NCBI GenBank assembly: GCA_963768415.1
Contig: CAVYHX010000042.1
Coordinates: forward strand, 118 to 64,117
Source: an uncultured Gammaproteobacteria bacterium
Lineage (GTDB): Bacteria; Pseudomonadota; Gammaproteobacteria; UBA9214
Direction of reading: 5' to 3'
Length of the DNA: 64,000 nucleotides
Made by a program: the position numbers and the translations under genes
Shown here: in pieces, positions 52,031-63,852 of the stretch
How the letters are laid out: each line of letters begins with the position of its first letter
Numbering within the stretch: the stretch's first letter is position 1
Notes under the pieces: generated by a model
Database searches by the model: none
What the model was told of the DNA's origin: nothing
What the model saw: the letters and a program-made list of their open reading frames with translations, nothing else

Positions 52031-52406
52031 GCGCGCGCACGCCATGCGCTCGTCAGGCTTGCGTGTGCCCGGCGTTCCTGGGTACGGCGTTCGCGTCCCT
52101 CCCAGGGCAGCGTGCGCCAGTCCAGGCGCCGGCGCTCGTTACCTGCCAGTCGATGTCCGAATTCACGCACGGATACCACATTGCCATTGCATATTTTGCC
52201 CTGCAACTGGCCGATTAACTTGCTCGCCTTCACGGTCTGACCGGGTATGCACCAGGCCATAACGCGACATTTCCGCAGCACCAGCCGGTTTTTTTATGAC
52301 TGCGCACCGGTGCTGTCGCCGGCAAGCCGGCCAGCCGGCGCAGGTCCTGCTCTGTGGTGCCTGCTGTCAAATTACCTATGTAGATGATCATCTTGTCATG
52401 GATCAT
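52027..52406 (-). CDS. RRM-like RNA-binding protein with Arg-rich C-terminal tail (split by two apparent 1-bp insertions)
   Basis: Reconstructed MIHDKMIIYIGNLTAGTTEQDLRRLAGLPATAPVRVIKKPAGAAEMSRYGLVHTRSDREASKLIGQLQGKICNGNVVSVREFGHRLAGNERRRLDWRTLPWEGRERRTQERR...; RNP2-like IYIGNL and RNP1-like RYGLV. Confidence 0.65.
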
Positions 52407-52454
52407 GGGTTACCGGGAACATACACGCCATGCCAGTACGATGGTTCCGGCAGG

Positions 52455-52990
52455 TCACTCATTCGCCATATGACGATTCTTCAGCTCAACATAGTGTTTT
52501 GCCGAATAGTCGAGAAAGGCCTGCTCTTCGAGCGCGCAATGGCCGCACCTTGCGCGCCGGCGTCCCCACCCAGAGAAAACCGCCTTCCACCACCAGTCCC
52601 GGCGGAACCAGGCTGCCGGCGCCCAGGATCGCTCCGGTACGCAGGATTGCGCCATCCATGACGGTTGCAGCCATACCGATCAGGCAGCGATCCTCGATAG
52701 TGCAGCCGTGCAGGATAGCCTGATGGCCAACGGTTATGTCCGCACCGATAGTCAACGGAAATCCGCCCGGAGCGAATTCACTGTCATGGCTGACGTGCAG
52801 GATAGTCCCGTCCTGGATATTGGTGCGCGCGCCGATGGTAACTGTATTGACATCGCCGCGCGCAACTACATTGGGCCACAGGGAAACATCCGCATCGATG
52901 GTGACATCACCGATTACCAGCGCGGTCGCGTCAATATAGGCGGACGCGGGCGATGCGCGGCGCTGTGTTTTCGAATTTCCTTATCGACAT
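52455..52990 (-). CDS. Gamma-class carbonic anhydrase family protein (YrdA-like; frameshifted)
   Basis: AYIDATALVIGDVTI, RGDVN.VTIGARTNIQDGTILHV, TVGHQAILHGCTI, LDYSAKHYVELKNRH across frames. Confidence 0.9.
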
Positions 52991-53094
52991 GGGGATTAGT
53001 TTCAGGGATTCCACATGCGGTTGCAAGACGGCCATGCTAAAGTTAATGTCTTTTGAACATTGTGCCTGATTATCAGGCGTGAGGTCACCACGTC

Positions 53095-55138
53095 ATGTCG
53101 AACCCCTTGCTGGATATGCACGGCCTGCCGCCGTTCTCGAAAATAAAGCCGGAACATGTTGAACCGGCAATTGACCGGTTGCTGGCCGATTGCCGCCGGG
53201 AAGTCAGGGAAGTGCTTGACAGAAACCCGGAATATAACTGGGAGAATTTCGTCGAGCCACTGGAGGCAATGGAAGACCCGCTTAACCGTGCGTGGTCACC
53301 GGTCGGGCATATGAATGCTGTGGTAAATACAGATGCACTGCGAGCAGCCTATAACGCATGTCTCCCCAGGCTCAGTGAGTACAGCACTGAAATGGGCCAG
53401 CATGAAGGCTTGTTCAGGGCCTATACGCAAATAGCCGGGAGTGAAGAATACGGACGCCTGGATCGTGCACAGCAAAAGATCATCGATAATGCATTGCGGG
53501 ATTTTCGCCTCTCCGGTATCGAGCTCGACCAGGTGGCACGCGACCGTTACAAGGCTGTTCTGCAGGAACTTTCCAGACTTACTTCGAAGTACAGTGACAA
53601 CGTGCTCGATGCGACCAATGCCTGGCACAGGCAGATCCGGGATGAAACCCTGCTGGCCGGCATGCCGGCGACCGCAATTTCACTGGCCAGACAAACAGCG
53701 GAGCAAAAAGGGCTTGAAGGCTGGGTGTTCAATCTCGATTTTCCGTCCTACTACCCGGTACTGACCTATGCAGAAAACCGTGAACTGCGTGCGGAGCTGT
53801 ATACGGCCTATGTCACGCGTGCCTCTGACCAGGGACCGGATGCCGGCAAGTGGGACAATGCCGCCCTCATGGACCAGATACTGGCGCTACGCCACGAGGC
53901 TGCGCAACCTCCTCGGCTACCAGAGCTATGCAGAACGCTCTCTGGCCACAAAGATGGCGGAGACCACCGGGCAGGTACTGGACTTTCTGTATGACCTGGC
54001 CGGGCGGTCCAGGGACGCGGCACAGCGGGAACTCGACGAAGTACGCGCCTTCGCGCACGCGCAGCATGGAATGAGCGAATTGCAGGCCTGGGATATCCCC
54101 TACTATTCGGAAAAACTGCGCCAGGAAAAATATGCCATATCGCAGGAAGAGCTGAAACCGTATTTTCCGGAGCCGCGGGTGGTCAATGGCCTGTTCGCCA
54201 TTGTCGAGCGCCTCTATGGCCTGCAAATCAAAGCCGGTCGACGGCATCGACACCTGGCACAAGGATGTCCGCTTCTTCAGGATTCATGATGCGGCGGGCG
54301 AATTGCGTGGGGAATTTTACCTGGATCTGTTTGCGCGTCCGAAAAAACGCGGCGGCGCATGGATGGATGAATGTATCAGCCGGCGCAAGGCAGCGACCGG
54401 CCTGCAAATTCCCGTTGCCTATCTCACCTGCAACTTTACTCCACCGATCGGTGATGACCCCGCACTGCTGACTCACGATGAAGTGATCACCCTGTTTCAC
54501 GAGTTCGGCCACGGCTTGCACCACATGCTGACGCAGGTCGATTACGCGGGCGTATCCGGCATCAATGGCGTCGCCTGGGATGCAGTGGAACTACCGAGCC
54601 AGTTCATGGAAAACTGGTGCTGGGAGACGCGAGGCACTGGACCTTGTTGCCGCCCACTACCAGAGCGGTGAGAAGATTTCCGATGATCTGTTCCGGCGCA
54701 TGCAGAATGCGAAAAATTTCCAGTCCGCCATGCAAATGCTGCGACAGGTCGAGTTCGCACTGTTCGATTTCCGCATGCACAACGAATATGATCCGGAGCG
54801 TGGCGCACGTATTCGCGAGCTGCTGAACGAGGTGCGTGAGCAGGTTGCCGTGGTCCAGCCGCCGGATTTCAACCGTTTCGAGAACAGCTTCACGCATATT
54901 TTCTGCGGGTGGCTATGCCGCCGGTTACTACAGCTACAAGTGGGCCGAAGTATTGTCCGCCGATGCCTTCTCTGCCTTCGAGGAAACCGGCATCTTCAAC
55001 CGCGAAACCGGCAACAGGTTCCTGAGCAGTATCCTCGAGCAGGGCGGTTCGCGTGAACCCATGGAACTGTTCGTCGAATTTCGCGGTCGTGAACCGACCA
55101 TCGATGCCCTGCTGAGGCACAGTGGACTTGCCGCGTAA
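53095..55138 (+). CDS. prlC: Oligopeptidase A (four frameshifts)
   Basis: MSNPLL...[34 protein letters not shown] (HEXXH), [28 protein letters not shown]. Confidence 0.95.
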
Positions 55139-55315
55139 GACAAGGCCACGCGCACACGAAGCGTCAGGGGGTATTGCTTGATTTCGCAAAGCCGGGATAG
55201 CTTGCCATTGCGGGCAGTTGTACCTCCATGTACATCGCGCCCGCAATGACGGGCAGTTGCACCGGTCAGACCTTTCTTATCTCCGTGTTTTCTGTTGTCA
55301 TGAATTGTCATTAAA

Positions 55316-56083
55316 ATGAAAATCGCCAGCTGGAACGTCAATTCCCTGAAGGTGCGCCTGCCGCACGTGCTCGACTGGCTGGACGCTGCAGCACCGGACG
55401 TACTGTGCCTGCAGGAAACCAAGCTGACGGATGAAAACTTTCCCGCGGCTGAAATCAACGCGGCCGGTTATCAGGTCGTATATTCCGGCCAGAAGACCTA
55501 TAACGGCGTGGCCATTATCAGCAAACAGGCCGCACATGATGTCATCATGGACTTGCCCGGCCTGGATGACCCGCAACGCCGCATCCTGGGCGCCACTATC
55601 GGCGGCGTGCGCGTACTTGACCTGTATGTTGTCAATGGCCAGGAGGTCGGCAGTGACAAGTATGCCCACAAACTGGAGTGGCTCGGGAAGGTCACCAGTC
55701 ACATCGAAACCGAACTCAGGGAACATGAACGCCTGGTGGTGCTGGGTGATTTCAATATTGCACCGGATGACCGCGACGTATACGACCCTGATGCCTGGCA
55801 TGAACGTATCCTGTGCAGCACCCCGGAGCGCACGGCACTGCAAAAGCTTCTCGATGCCGGACTCATCGACACCTTTCGGCTGTTTGACCAGGATGAGGGG
55901 AGCTTCAGCTGGTGGGACTACCGCCAGGCCGCCTTTCGAAGAAACATGGGCCTGCGTATCGACCTCATTCTGGCCAGCAAGTCACTCGCCGATGCCTGTT
56001 CCTCCAGCATCATCGACAGGGAACCCCGGCGGCTGGAGCGACCCTCGGACCATGCCCCGGTGATGGCGGAGTTCAGTCTTTAA
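55316..56083 (+). CDS. xth: Exodeoxyribonuclease III
   Basis: IASWNVNS, LCLQETK, YNGVA, GDFNIAP, FSWWDYR, GLRID, SDHAP. Confidence 0.95.
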   Translation: MKIASWNVNSLKVRLPHVLDWLDAAAPDVLCLQETKLTDENFPAAEINAAGYQVVYSGQKTYNGVAIISKQAAHDVIMDLPGLDDPQRRILGATIGGVRVLDLYVVNGQEVGSDKYAHKLEWLGKVTSHIETELREHERLVVLGDFNIAPDDRDVYDPDAWHERILCSTPERTALQKLLDAGLIDTFRLFDQDEGSFSWWDYRQAAFRRNMGLRIDLILASKSLADACSSSIIDREPRRLERPSDHAPVMAEFSL

Positions 56084-56960
56084 AACAGGCGCGCAGACCC
56101 GCATCCAGGCTGGTATATTCAAGTGTGACGCCGAGTTCCCGCAACATCTTGCGGTTATCCATTCGGCGCGAGTCCTGCAAAAATGACAACATCCCCGGTG
56201 ACAGCAATTGCTGTGCCTGTGCACGCGTCACCGTCGGCGGACGCGGCAGTCCGGCAGCATCGGCAACCCTGAAAAAATAGTCGGTCATATTGCCGGGGTT
56301 ACCGTCGCTGACATTAAAGAAAGTATCGTGGCTGCCGCAATGCATGGCGGCAACACAGATGCTCACCAGGTCATCGGCGTGGATACGGTTGGTGTATGGC
56401 GCATCCGCTTCCCGCAATACCGGCGTGCCCTTGCGCAGCCGCTCCAGCGGCAACTTGCCTGGCCCGTATATTCCCGGCACGCGCAGGATTATCCACTCGA
56501 CACCCCGGCATTGTGACCAGGCCTGCACGCGATTTTCGGCATCCAGGCGCCGGTATCCACGCGCTGTCGTGGGCTTTACTGCATGTGCTTCCGTAATCCA
56601 CTCGCCCTGACAGTCGCCATACACGGCACTGGTACTGATATAGACGATACGCCGCGGCACAGGACCGCTATCGATCGAACGCAGAAAGGCAGCCATGCGT
56701 GTATCCTCGTTTCCCTGCGGTGGCGGTGGTGCGAGGTAAAATACATTTGCATGACCGGTGATATTACCGGTGCACTGTTCTGTCGCATCAAGATCGGCAC
56801 TGATTGCACGCACGCCGAATGCCTGCAGCCGGTCTGCACTCGCTTGAGAGCGTACCAGACCCGTCACACGGTAACCCTGCGCCGTCAGCACCACGGCCAG
56901 ACGGCGGCCAATGTAGCCGCAGCCGGCGATTAACACACTGTTGTCCGGTTTATCTTCCAT
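56073..56960 (-). CDS. Atypical SDR / NAD-dependent epimerase (YeeZ-like)
   Basis: IAGCGYIG, YLAPP, YISTSAVYGD, LRVPGIYGPG, NRIHADDL. Confidence 0.85.
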   Translation of the reverse strand: MEDKPDNSVLIAGCGYIGRRLAVVLTAQGYRVTGLVRSQASADRLQAFGVRAISADLDATEQCTGNITGHANVFYLAPPPPQGNEDTRMAAFLRSIDSGPVPRRIVYISTSAVYGDCQGEWITEAHAVKPTTARGYRRLDAENRVQAWSQCRGVEWIILRVPGIYGPGKLPLERLRKGTPVLREADAPYTNRIHADDLVSICVAAMHCGSHDTFFNVSDGNPGNMTDYFFRVADAAGLPRPPTVTRAQAQQLLSPGMLSFLQDSRRMDNRKMLRELGVTLEYTSLDAGLRACFKD

Positions 56961-57011
56961 GGTAAATCAGCGACAATGCCCGACCCGTTCGCTCAGCAGC
57001 TGCATGCGTAA

Positions 57012-58065
57012 ATGTCATATCAGGTAACAATCCAGTCCAGCGGTCATTCGTTCACGGTCGAGAAATCGGAATCCGTACTCGATGCCGCATTGCGCCAGGG
57101 CATTATACTGCCGTATGGCTGCCGCAACGGGGCCTGTGGTTCATGCATGGGCACCTTGATCAGCGGCACAGTTGATTACGCCCGGGGACTGCCGCCCGCT
57201 CTCAGTGAACAGGATGCCGCCAGGCACAAGGCGTTATTCTGTCAGGCGCATCCAACCCGTGATCTGACCATCAAGGTTCGTGAAGTCGATGCAGCCCGTG
57301 ATATCGAGATCAAGACCCTGCCGTGCCGTGTCGAAAAACTCGAGCATCTGGCCCATGACGTCATCCGCATTTACCTCAAGGTTCCTGCTACCGAGCGCAT
57401 GCAGTTTCTCGCCGGCCAGTATATAGACGTACTGATCAGCGATCACGAACCACGTGCGTTTTCCATTGCCAATGCACCGCATGATGACGAATTCATCGAA
57501 CTGCATATTCGTTATGTGGAAGGTGGCCTGTTTACTGACCAGGTGTTTCACCACATGCGTGAAAAGACCATGCTGCGCATCAGGGGACCGCTCGGGACCT
57601 TTTTCATGCGCGAGGACCTGGATCGCCCGGCCATACTGATCGGGGGTGGCACAGGATTCGCGCCGCTCAAGGGTATACTGGAAAACGCCTTCGAAACCGG
57701 AATCAAGAGCCCCCTGCACCTGTTCTCGGGGTGTACGCGCGCGGCGCGACCTGTATCTCGGCAATCTGCCGCTGCAGTGGCTGCGGGAACACGGCAACTT
57801 CAGCTATACACCGGTACTCTCGGAGCCACAGGCCGGGGACAACTGGTCAGACGAAACGGGATTCGTAACCGACAGCGTCGTCCGGCACTACCCGGACCTT
57901 TCCGGTTACGATGTTTATATGAGCGGTCCACCGGTCATGGTCGAGACCGGCCATACCCTGTTTATGCAACATGGCCTGGACTCGTCCAGGTTTTTCTCGG
58001 ATGCATTCGAGTACGCCGCAGTGGCGGAAAGCATCAAGGGAATTGGGGGTTACGAAGAACCGTAA
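57012..58065 (+). CDS. 2Fe-2S ferredoxin:NAD(P)H reductase (CDP-6-deoxy-delta-3,4-glucoseen reductase family; frameshift near 57727)
   Basis: YGCRNGACGSC...LFC, FLAGQY, RAFSIAN, GPLGTF, GGTGFAP, YMSGPPVMV, FSDAF. Confidence 0.88.
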
Positions 58066-58102
58066 CATGGCAGCAAGGATCCGCAGGACGGGCTGCGCGG
58101 TC

Positions 58103-58897
58103 TCAGCCCGGGCAGCGGTCGGCATCTTTTCGCATGACGGTTTGTTTCAGGGCGGCAACAGTCGCCGCGTCACTGGTATCGGCTGCTAATCACCGGCGCC
58201 TGGCTGAAACCCAGCTCAGCGGCGCGCCGCGCCTGCCGCTCGCTGCCGACCAGCAGGGGAATATTCCGCAATAAAGCCTGGCCTTCCGGTCCCGCCATGG
58301 TAAACAGGTTCTGCAGGGTTTCGTTGCTGGTGACTGTGATAACGTCCAGGTAACCCGGCTTGCAGCAGTTTGCGCATCACACGCGCTTCAACCACCGGGC
58401 AGGCACGCCGGTACACCTCCGCATAATCGACTTCCGCACCGCGCTCGACCAGGGTGTCGTGCAGAACCTCGCGCCCGCCATTACCGCGGACAATGACGAC
58501 TCGCATAGCCGCGCATGTCCTGCAGCTCGTCCAGTTCCAGCAGTCCCTCGCTGCTAAACCGGGTTGCCGGCACCAGGTCCGCTGCCAGACCGAAGCGCAA
58601 CAGGGACGCGGCGCTGCTCGTACCGACAGTCGCAATCTGCACCTCTTCCGGCCATTCGCGGCGGGTGAGAATATATTCCATTCCCCGGATGACCGCATTC
58701 GTGCTGACGAACACCGCCAGGTCATAGGAATCGAGCTCATCGACCACGTTTTCGAGGTGACTGGTATCCAGCGGGTCGAGAATTTCAATGGTCGGCAAGC
58801 GTAATGCCTCGCCACCGGCTGCCTCGATCAGTTCACACAAGCGGTTTGCCTGGCCTGCCGGCCGCGTGACCAGAATGCGCGGTCTGTTACGTGTCAC
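58103..58897 (-). CDS. hemD: Uroporphyrinogen-III synthase (frameshifted)
   Basis: ILVTRP, LPTIEI, FVSTNAV, SEGLL, RGNGGRE.L...L..RGA, EVYRR, ITVTS across frames; start overlaps the hemC stop. Confidence 0.88.
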
Positions 58898-59826
58898 CGC
58901 AGCAACTCTTCCAGAATCGGTTGTGCGCCCCGTGCCAGCAAGTCGCTGCGCGAGCGCATAACCCAGGGCTGCAGCATCCGCGGCAGTACCGGAGATATCA
59001 GCACGGATAATCTCGCTGCCATCCGGCCGTCCCACCAGACCGCGCACGGCTGATTTCGTGCATCGACAATTTCCGCATAGCCCGCCACGGGCGCCTGACA
59101 ACCAGTGGCGAGGGTGGCATTCATACTGCGTTCCGCGCGCGTGCGCAATACTGTCGGCTGATGATTCAGCGGCTGCACCAGCTCCAGCAGACGCGCATCG
59201 TCATTGCGGCACTCGATACCGATGACGCCCTGGGCAATGGCCGGCAACATTTGTTCCGGCGGCAAGGCGCGGGTAATGCGTTGCTGCATCCCCAGCCGCT
59301 TCAGGCCCGCACAGGCCAGCACAATGGCGTCATAGTCACCGGCGTCCAGCCGGGCAAGGCGCGTGCCGACATTACCCCGCAGGTCCCGAATGCGAAGATC
59401 AGGGCGCAGCGCGCGCAACTGGCACTGCCTGCGCAGGCTGGAAGTGCCGACGCACGCACCGTCCGGCAAGTCATCGATCGATGCATAGCGGTTGGATACA
59501 AAGGCATCCTGCGGGTCTTCGCGCTCCAGTATCGCACCGAGACCCAGACCCTCGGGAAATTCCGCCGGTACATCCTTCATCGAGTGCACCGCCATGTCGG
59601 CGCTGCCATCCAGCATGCCCAGTTCCAGCTCCTTGACGAACAGGCCCTTGCCGCCAATCTTCGCCAATGGACTGTCAAGCACCTGGTCGCCCCGGGTAGT
59701 CATGGTCACCAGTTCCACCCTGAGACCGGGATGCAGTGCCAGCAGTCGTGCGCGTACATGTTCGGCCTGCCATAGCGCCAGCGGACTTTTACGTGTTGCA
59801 ATATGGAGCAAATCGTTTGACATCAA
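58894..59826 (-). CDS. hemC: Hydroxymethylbilane synthase (probable compensating indels near 59050)
   Basis: [56 protein letters not shown]. Confidence 0.96.
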   Translation of the reverse strand: MMSNDLLHIATRKSPLALWQAEHVRARLLALHPGLRVELVTMTTRGDQVLDSPLAKIGGKGLFVKELELGMLDGSADMAVHSMKDVPAEFPEGLGLGAILEREDPQDAFVSNRYASIDDLPDGACVGTSSLRRQCQLRALRPDLRIRDLRGNVGTRLARLDAGDYDAIVLACAGLKRLGMQQRITRALPPEQMLPAIAQGVIGIECRNDDARLLELVQPLNHQPTVLRTRAERSMNATLATGCQAPVAGYAEIVDARNQPCAVWWDGRMAARLSVLISPVLPRMLQPWVMRSRSDLLARGAQPILEELLR

Positions 59827-59854
59827 CAGGTCACATTCAGCCTAATAGAAAACA

Positions 59855-60385
59855 ATGAAGCCATTATACAAGCGAGCGCTGTGCGGATGTGTATTAATGT
59901 GGCTGTCCACAACCGGTGTCTGCACCGAGGTCTTTGTTCCCGTCGCGGCAAACCTGCAGCATACCGGTCAGCAGGCCAGGGCAAGCCGGCTACCGATCCT
60001 GCTGAGCTTCTCTGCAATCCACTGCAGCTACTGTGAGCTGCTCGAGGAGGAATTTCTCCGGCCGATGCTGCTCAGTGGCGAATATGACGACAGGATCATA
60101 ATGCGCAAGCTGCTGCTTGACAGCGGCGCGCCGGTCACGGACTTCACGGGCAAGACACGCCCGGCAACCCGGTTGTCCGATCACTACAGGGTCTACATTA
60201 CCCCGACCCTGCTGTTCGTCGATGCAGACGGCAAGGAGGTCGCCGAACGCATAGTCGGCATCAACACGCTCGAGTTGTTCGGTGGTTACCTGGATGAATG
60301 CATCGAAACCGCCCTGCTGGCCGTCAGAAAACCCGACGCGCCGGAACAGCAGCCAGACGGCTGCCGGCTGCAACACGAGCGCTGA
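59855..60385 (+). CDS. Periplasmic thioredoxin-fold protein (SoxW-like)
   Basis: Hydrophobic N-terminus, CSYC, YITPTLLFVD..G.E.AERIVG. Confidence 0.7.
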   Translation: MKPLYKRALCGCVLMWLSTTGVCTEVFVPVAANLQHTGQQARASRLPILLSFSAIHCSYCELLEEEFLRPMLLSGEYDDRIIMRKLLLDSGAPVTDFTGKTRPATRLSDHYRVYITPTLLFVDADGKEVAERIVGINTLELFGGYLDECIETALLAVRKPDAPEQQPDGCRLQHER

Positions 60386-60400
60386 CAGCCACGCCCGGAG

Positions 60401-61135
60401 CTACAACGCCTTTACCAGCTTGCGCACTGCCGCTACATGACGCCGACTGACCTCCAGCGCCGCATCGACATCCTGCAACTGCACCCGGCAATGGCCGTCA
60501 GCCGTCTTTTCCAGGCCGGCCAGATAGCGGGGCGCAATGAGTGCATTACGGTGTATGCGCATAAACTGCCCGGCAAATTCATCTTCCAGTGACTTGAGTG
60601 TTTCCTCTATCAGAGTATGGCCGGTTGCAGTACATACCGTGACATATTTCTGGTCAGCCTGGAAATAGCGGATTTCCCCGACCGGTATCAGCTGCAGACC
60701 GCCGCGCACGCGCGCACAAATGTGCTGCCGTGCACCCTGACTGTCACCGGCAAACTTCAATGCGGCCGCCTGTGCACGCGTCAGGCGGCGGGCATGCTGC
60801 AATGCGTCGGCAAGCCGCTCCTGCCGGACCGGCTTGAGCAGGTAATCCACCGCATGCGTTTCAAAGGCAGGCAGGGCGTAATCGTTGTAGGCGGTTGTGA
60901 ATATGATTGCCGGCGGCTGATCCAGTACCTGCAGGTGCCGTGCTGCCTCCAGCCCGTCCATCACGGGCATGCGAATATCCATTAACAGGACATCCGGTTG
61001 ACTTTGCTCCGTCATGGACAGTGCCTCGTTGCCGTTTGCCGCTTCGCCGCATACCGTATAACCACCGATAGCTTCCAGCATGCGCTGCATGCGTGCGCGT
61101 GCAAGCGCTTCATCATCGACGACCAGTATTCTCAT
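60401..61135 (-). CDS. algR: LytTR-family response regulator AlgR-like
   Basis: VVDDE.LAR, MDIRMP.MDG, FTTAY, AVDYLLKP, YFQADQKYV, RIHRNAL, VSRRH; argH-fimS-algR-hemC synteny. Confidence 0.88.
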   Translation of the reverse strand: MRILVVDDEALARARMQRMLEAIGGYTVCGEAANGNEALSMTEQSQPDVLLMDIRMPVMDGLEAARHLQVLDQPPAIIFTTAYNDYALPAFETHAVDYLLKPVRQERLADALQHARRLTRAQAAALKFAGDSQGARQHICARVRGGLQLIPVGEIRYFQADQKYVTVCTATGHTLIEETLKSLEDEFAGQFMRIHRNALIAPRYLAGLEKTADGHCRVQLQDVDAALEVSRRHVAAVRKLVKAL

Positions 61136-62205
61136 ACCGCACCCGTGACCGGTAAACGCAGCGTGACGAGGTAGTGCCCGTCACGCTGCATTGTTTTCAG
61201 TTGTGCCTGTTTACCGAAAGCGATTTGCAATCGCTGGCGGATGTTCTCCTGGGCAATCCGGTTACCCGAATCGCGGCCAGCACCGGCGGCGGCGACCGGA
61301 TTGCGAATGTCAAGCACAAGCATGTGGTCCGCCACTTTTCCACTCACCTGAATTGTGCCGCCGTCAGGTAACGGCTCGATGCCATGATAAATTGCATTCT
61401 CCAGCAGCGGCTGCAGAACCAGGGGCGGTACCCGCAGGTCCATCGGCACGGCATCCAGATCCCAGTCCACGGACAAGCGATCGCCCAGGCGCAGTTTCTC
61501 GATGCTCAAATAACGGCGCGCAAGCTCGATCTCGTCTCCCAGCGTCATCTCCCCGTGGGAAATATCCAGTGAAGCCCGGAACAGGTCTGACAGGTCCTCG
61601 ATAGCCGTTTCGGCACTGTCAGGCTGGCTCCGCACCAGTGCCGCAATGGTATTCATACTGTTGAACAGAAAATGCGGCCGGATACGTGCCTGCAGTGCCT
61701 GCACGCGTGCACGTGACTCGGCCTCCACCTGCTGGCGCCACTGGAACTGTACATAGAGATAACGCAATACCACCGCCGCGACAATGGTGCTGATGAACAG
61801 GTTGCGCAGTACAAAAGCGGCATGCTGCTCGCGGTCGAGAAACGGCAGAAATTCTGTTTCCACAATCAGCCAGAATGCCATCTCGCTGACTATGCCCGTC
61901 ACCAGCAATACCAGCAGGTAGCTGCCCAGGGCCGCGGCGGTATCGTTCAGGCGCGCCAGCAGCGGCCGGGTCAAGCACAGTACAGCCGCGCTGGTCAGCG
62001 CGATCCATTGTATGAACAGCGATATCAAGCCCAGGTCACTCCAGGGGTTGGCGAGGATTGCGGGGCTTACCAGGGATACGATGAAGGCAAGCAATTCGGC
62101 AATCACAATCACGGCAAAGACCATGCCGACATCGCAGAATCTGGGCAGGAAAAAATGCTCGTACGACTCAATGCCGTTGCTGCGGTCAGGGTGCTGTCGG
62201 GTCAT
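61132..62205 (-). CDS. fimS: Sensor kinase FimS/AlgZ-like
   Basis: FFLPRFC, multiple TMs, [36 protein letters not shown]. Confidence 0.85.
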   Translation of the reverse strand: MTRQHPDRSNGIESYEHFFLPRFCDVGMVFAVIVIAELLAFIVSLVSPAILANPWSDLGLISLFIQWIALTSAAVLCLTRPLLARLNDTAAALGSYLLVLLVTGIVSEMAFWLIVETEFLPFLDREQHAAFVLRNLFISTIVAAVVLRYLYVQFQWRQQVEAESRARVQALQARIRPHFLFNSMNTIAALVRSQPDSAETAIEDLSDLFRASLDISHGEMTLGDEIELARRYLSIEKLRLGDRLSVDWDLDAVPMDLRVPPLVLQPLLENAIYHGIEPLPDGGTIQVSGKVADHMLVLDIRNPVAAAGAGRDSGNRIAQENIRQRLQIAFGKQAQLKTMQRDGHYLVTLRLPVTGAV

Positions 62206-62348
62206 GGCAGCAGTTTCAACCCTGGCAGCGCCGTGCGCAAGCCTTGTACCCGGGTACGCCGCAGACCTGCACGTCACCGGCGCACGGCAAACGCAAACCC
62301 GAAGCGGATTGGTTATACTGCGCCAGAACGGACTTCCCGGTAGCGATC

Positions 62349-63746
62349 ATGACGAATAATACAACTTCAGAAAAACCCTGGGGTGGACGATTCACCGAAT
62401 CCACGGATGCTTTTGTGGAGGCGTTCACTGCCTCGATTGGCTTTGACCAGCGCCTGTACCGCTACGACATTACCGGTTCTATCGCCCATGCGCGCATGCT
62501 GGCCCATGTGGGGCTGTTGACTGCAGCCGAGTGCACCCGCATCGTTGATGGCCTCGAGGCGATCGCGGCGGATATCGAACGGGGTGACTTTGCCTGGTCG
62601 GTGGCGCTGGAAGACGTGCACATGAACATCGAGGCACGGCTCATCGAGCGCATCGGCGAAACCGGCAAGAAACTGCATACCGGCCGGTCGCGCAACGACC
62701 AGGTCGCCACCGATCTGCGCCTGTACCTGCGCGATGCCATCGATGCCACAGACAGCGAACTGACGCGGCTGCAAGGCGCGCTCGCCGATCTGGCCGAGCA
62801 CGAGGCCGACACCATCATGCCCGGCTTCACCCACCTGCAGGTCGCCATGCCGGTCACCTTCGGCCATCACCTGCTGGCCTGGGTGGAGATGCTTGAGCGG
62901 GATCATGAGCGCCTGCTCGACTGCCGGCGGCGGGTCAATGTCATGCCGCTGGGCGCGGCCGCGCTGGCCGGCACAAGCTTTCCCATTGACCGGGAATACA
63001 CGGCCCGGCTGCTGGAATTCGACAGCCCGGCAGCCAATTCGCTGGATGCGGTCAGCGACCGGGATTTCGTCATCGAATTCTGTGCGGCGGCAGCCCTGAT
63101 CATGATGCACCTGTCACGCTTTTCCGAGGAACTGATACTCTGGTCATCGGCACAATTCGATTTTGTTGAACTGTCGGACCGGTTTTGCACCGGCTCCAGC
63201 ATTATGCCCCAGAAGAAAAATCCCGATGTGCCGGAACTGGTGCGCGGCAAGAGCGGCCGGGTCACCGGACACCTGGTCAGCCTGCTGATGCTCATGAAAG
63301 GCCAGCCGCTGGCCTATAACAAGGACAACCAGGAAGACAAGGAACCCCTGTTCGATACCGTGGATACCCTGCTGGGTTCGCTGCGCGCGTTTGCCGACAT
63401 GATGCCGGGGCTGGCCGTCAAGCGGGACAACATGGCGGCGGCGGCGCAACAGGGGTTTTCGACCGCCACGGACCTGGCCGACTACCTGGTGCGCAAGGGC
63501 GTCGCGTTCCGGGATGCCCACGAGATCGTCGGGCGTGCGGTGCGTTTCGGCATCGAGCACCACAAGGACCTGGCAGAGATGAGGCTGGCCGAGCTGCAGG
63601 GTTTTTCCGGCAACATTACCGCGGATGTCTTCGAGGTACTCACCCTGGAAGGCTCCGTGGCGGCGCGCAACCATACCGGCGGGACCGCACCCGAGCAGGT
63701 GCGTGCCGCCGTCGCGGCAGTCAGGCAACGCCTGCAAGGACGCTGA
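62349..63746 (+). CDS. argH: Argininosuccinate lyase
   Basis: [54 protein letters not shown]. Confidence 0.98.
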   Translation: MTNNTTSEKPWGGRFTESTDAFVEAFTASIGFDQRLYRYDITGSIAHARMLAHVGLLTAAECTRIVDGLEAIAADIERGDFAWSVALEDVHMNIEARLIERIGETGKKLHTGRSRNDQVATDLRLYLRDAIDATDSELTRLQGALADLAEHEADTIMPGFTHLQVAMPVTFGHHLLAWVEMLERDHERLLDCRRRVNVMPLGAAALAGTSFPIDREYTARLLEFDSPAANSLDAVSDRDFVIEFCAAAALIMMHLSRFSEELILWSSAQFDFVELSDRFCTGSSIMPQKKNPDVPELVRGKSGRVTGHLVSLLMLMKGQPLAYNKDNQEDKEPLFDTVDTLLGSLRAFADMMPGLAVKRDNMAAAAQQGFSTATDLADYLVRKGVAFRDAHEIVGRAVRFGIEHHKDLAEMRLAELQGFSGNITADVFEVLTLEGSVAARNHTGGTAPEQVRAAVAAVRQRLQGR

Positions 63747-63852
63747 AGTTCACGCATGACTGCCAGCGTCGCGCGCGTGTCAGCCATACCGGCCGGTACC
63801 GTTTGCAGTCGTTACAGGCTTCGTACGATTGAGGTACACTCGTACTGATACC

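Noticed and set aside
55206-55264. 10-bp inverted repeat and CGGGCAGTTG direct repeat between prlC and xth
   Set aside because: Short and not seen elsewhere in the window; probably a simple terminator-like hairpin or decayed repeat
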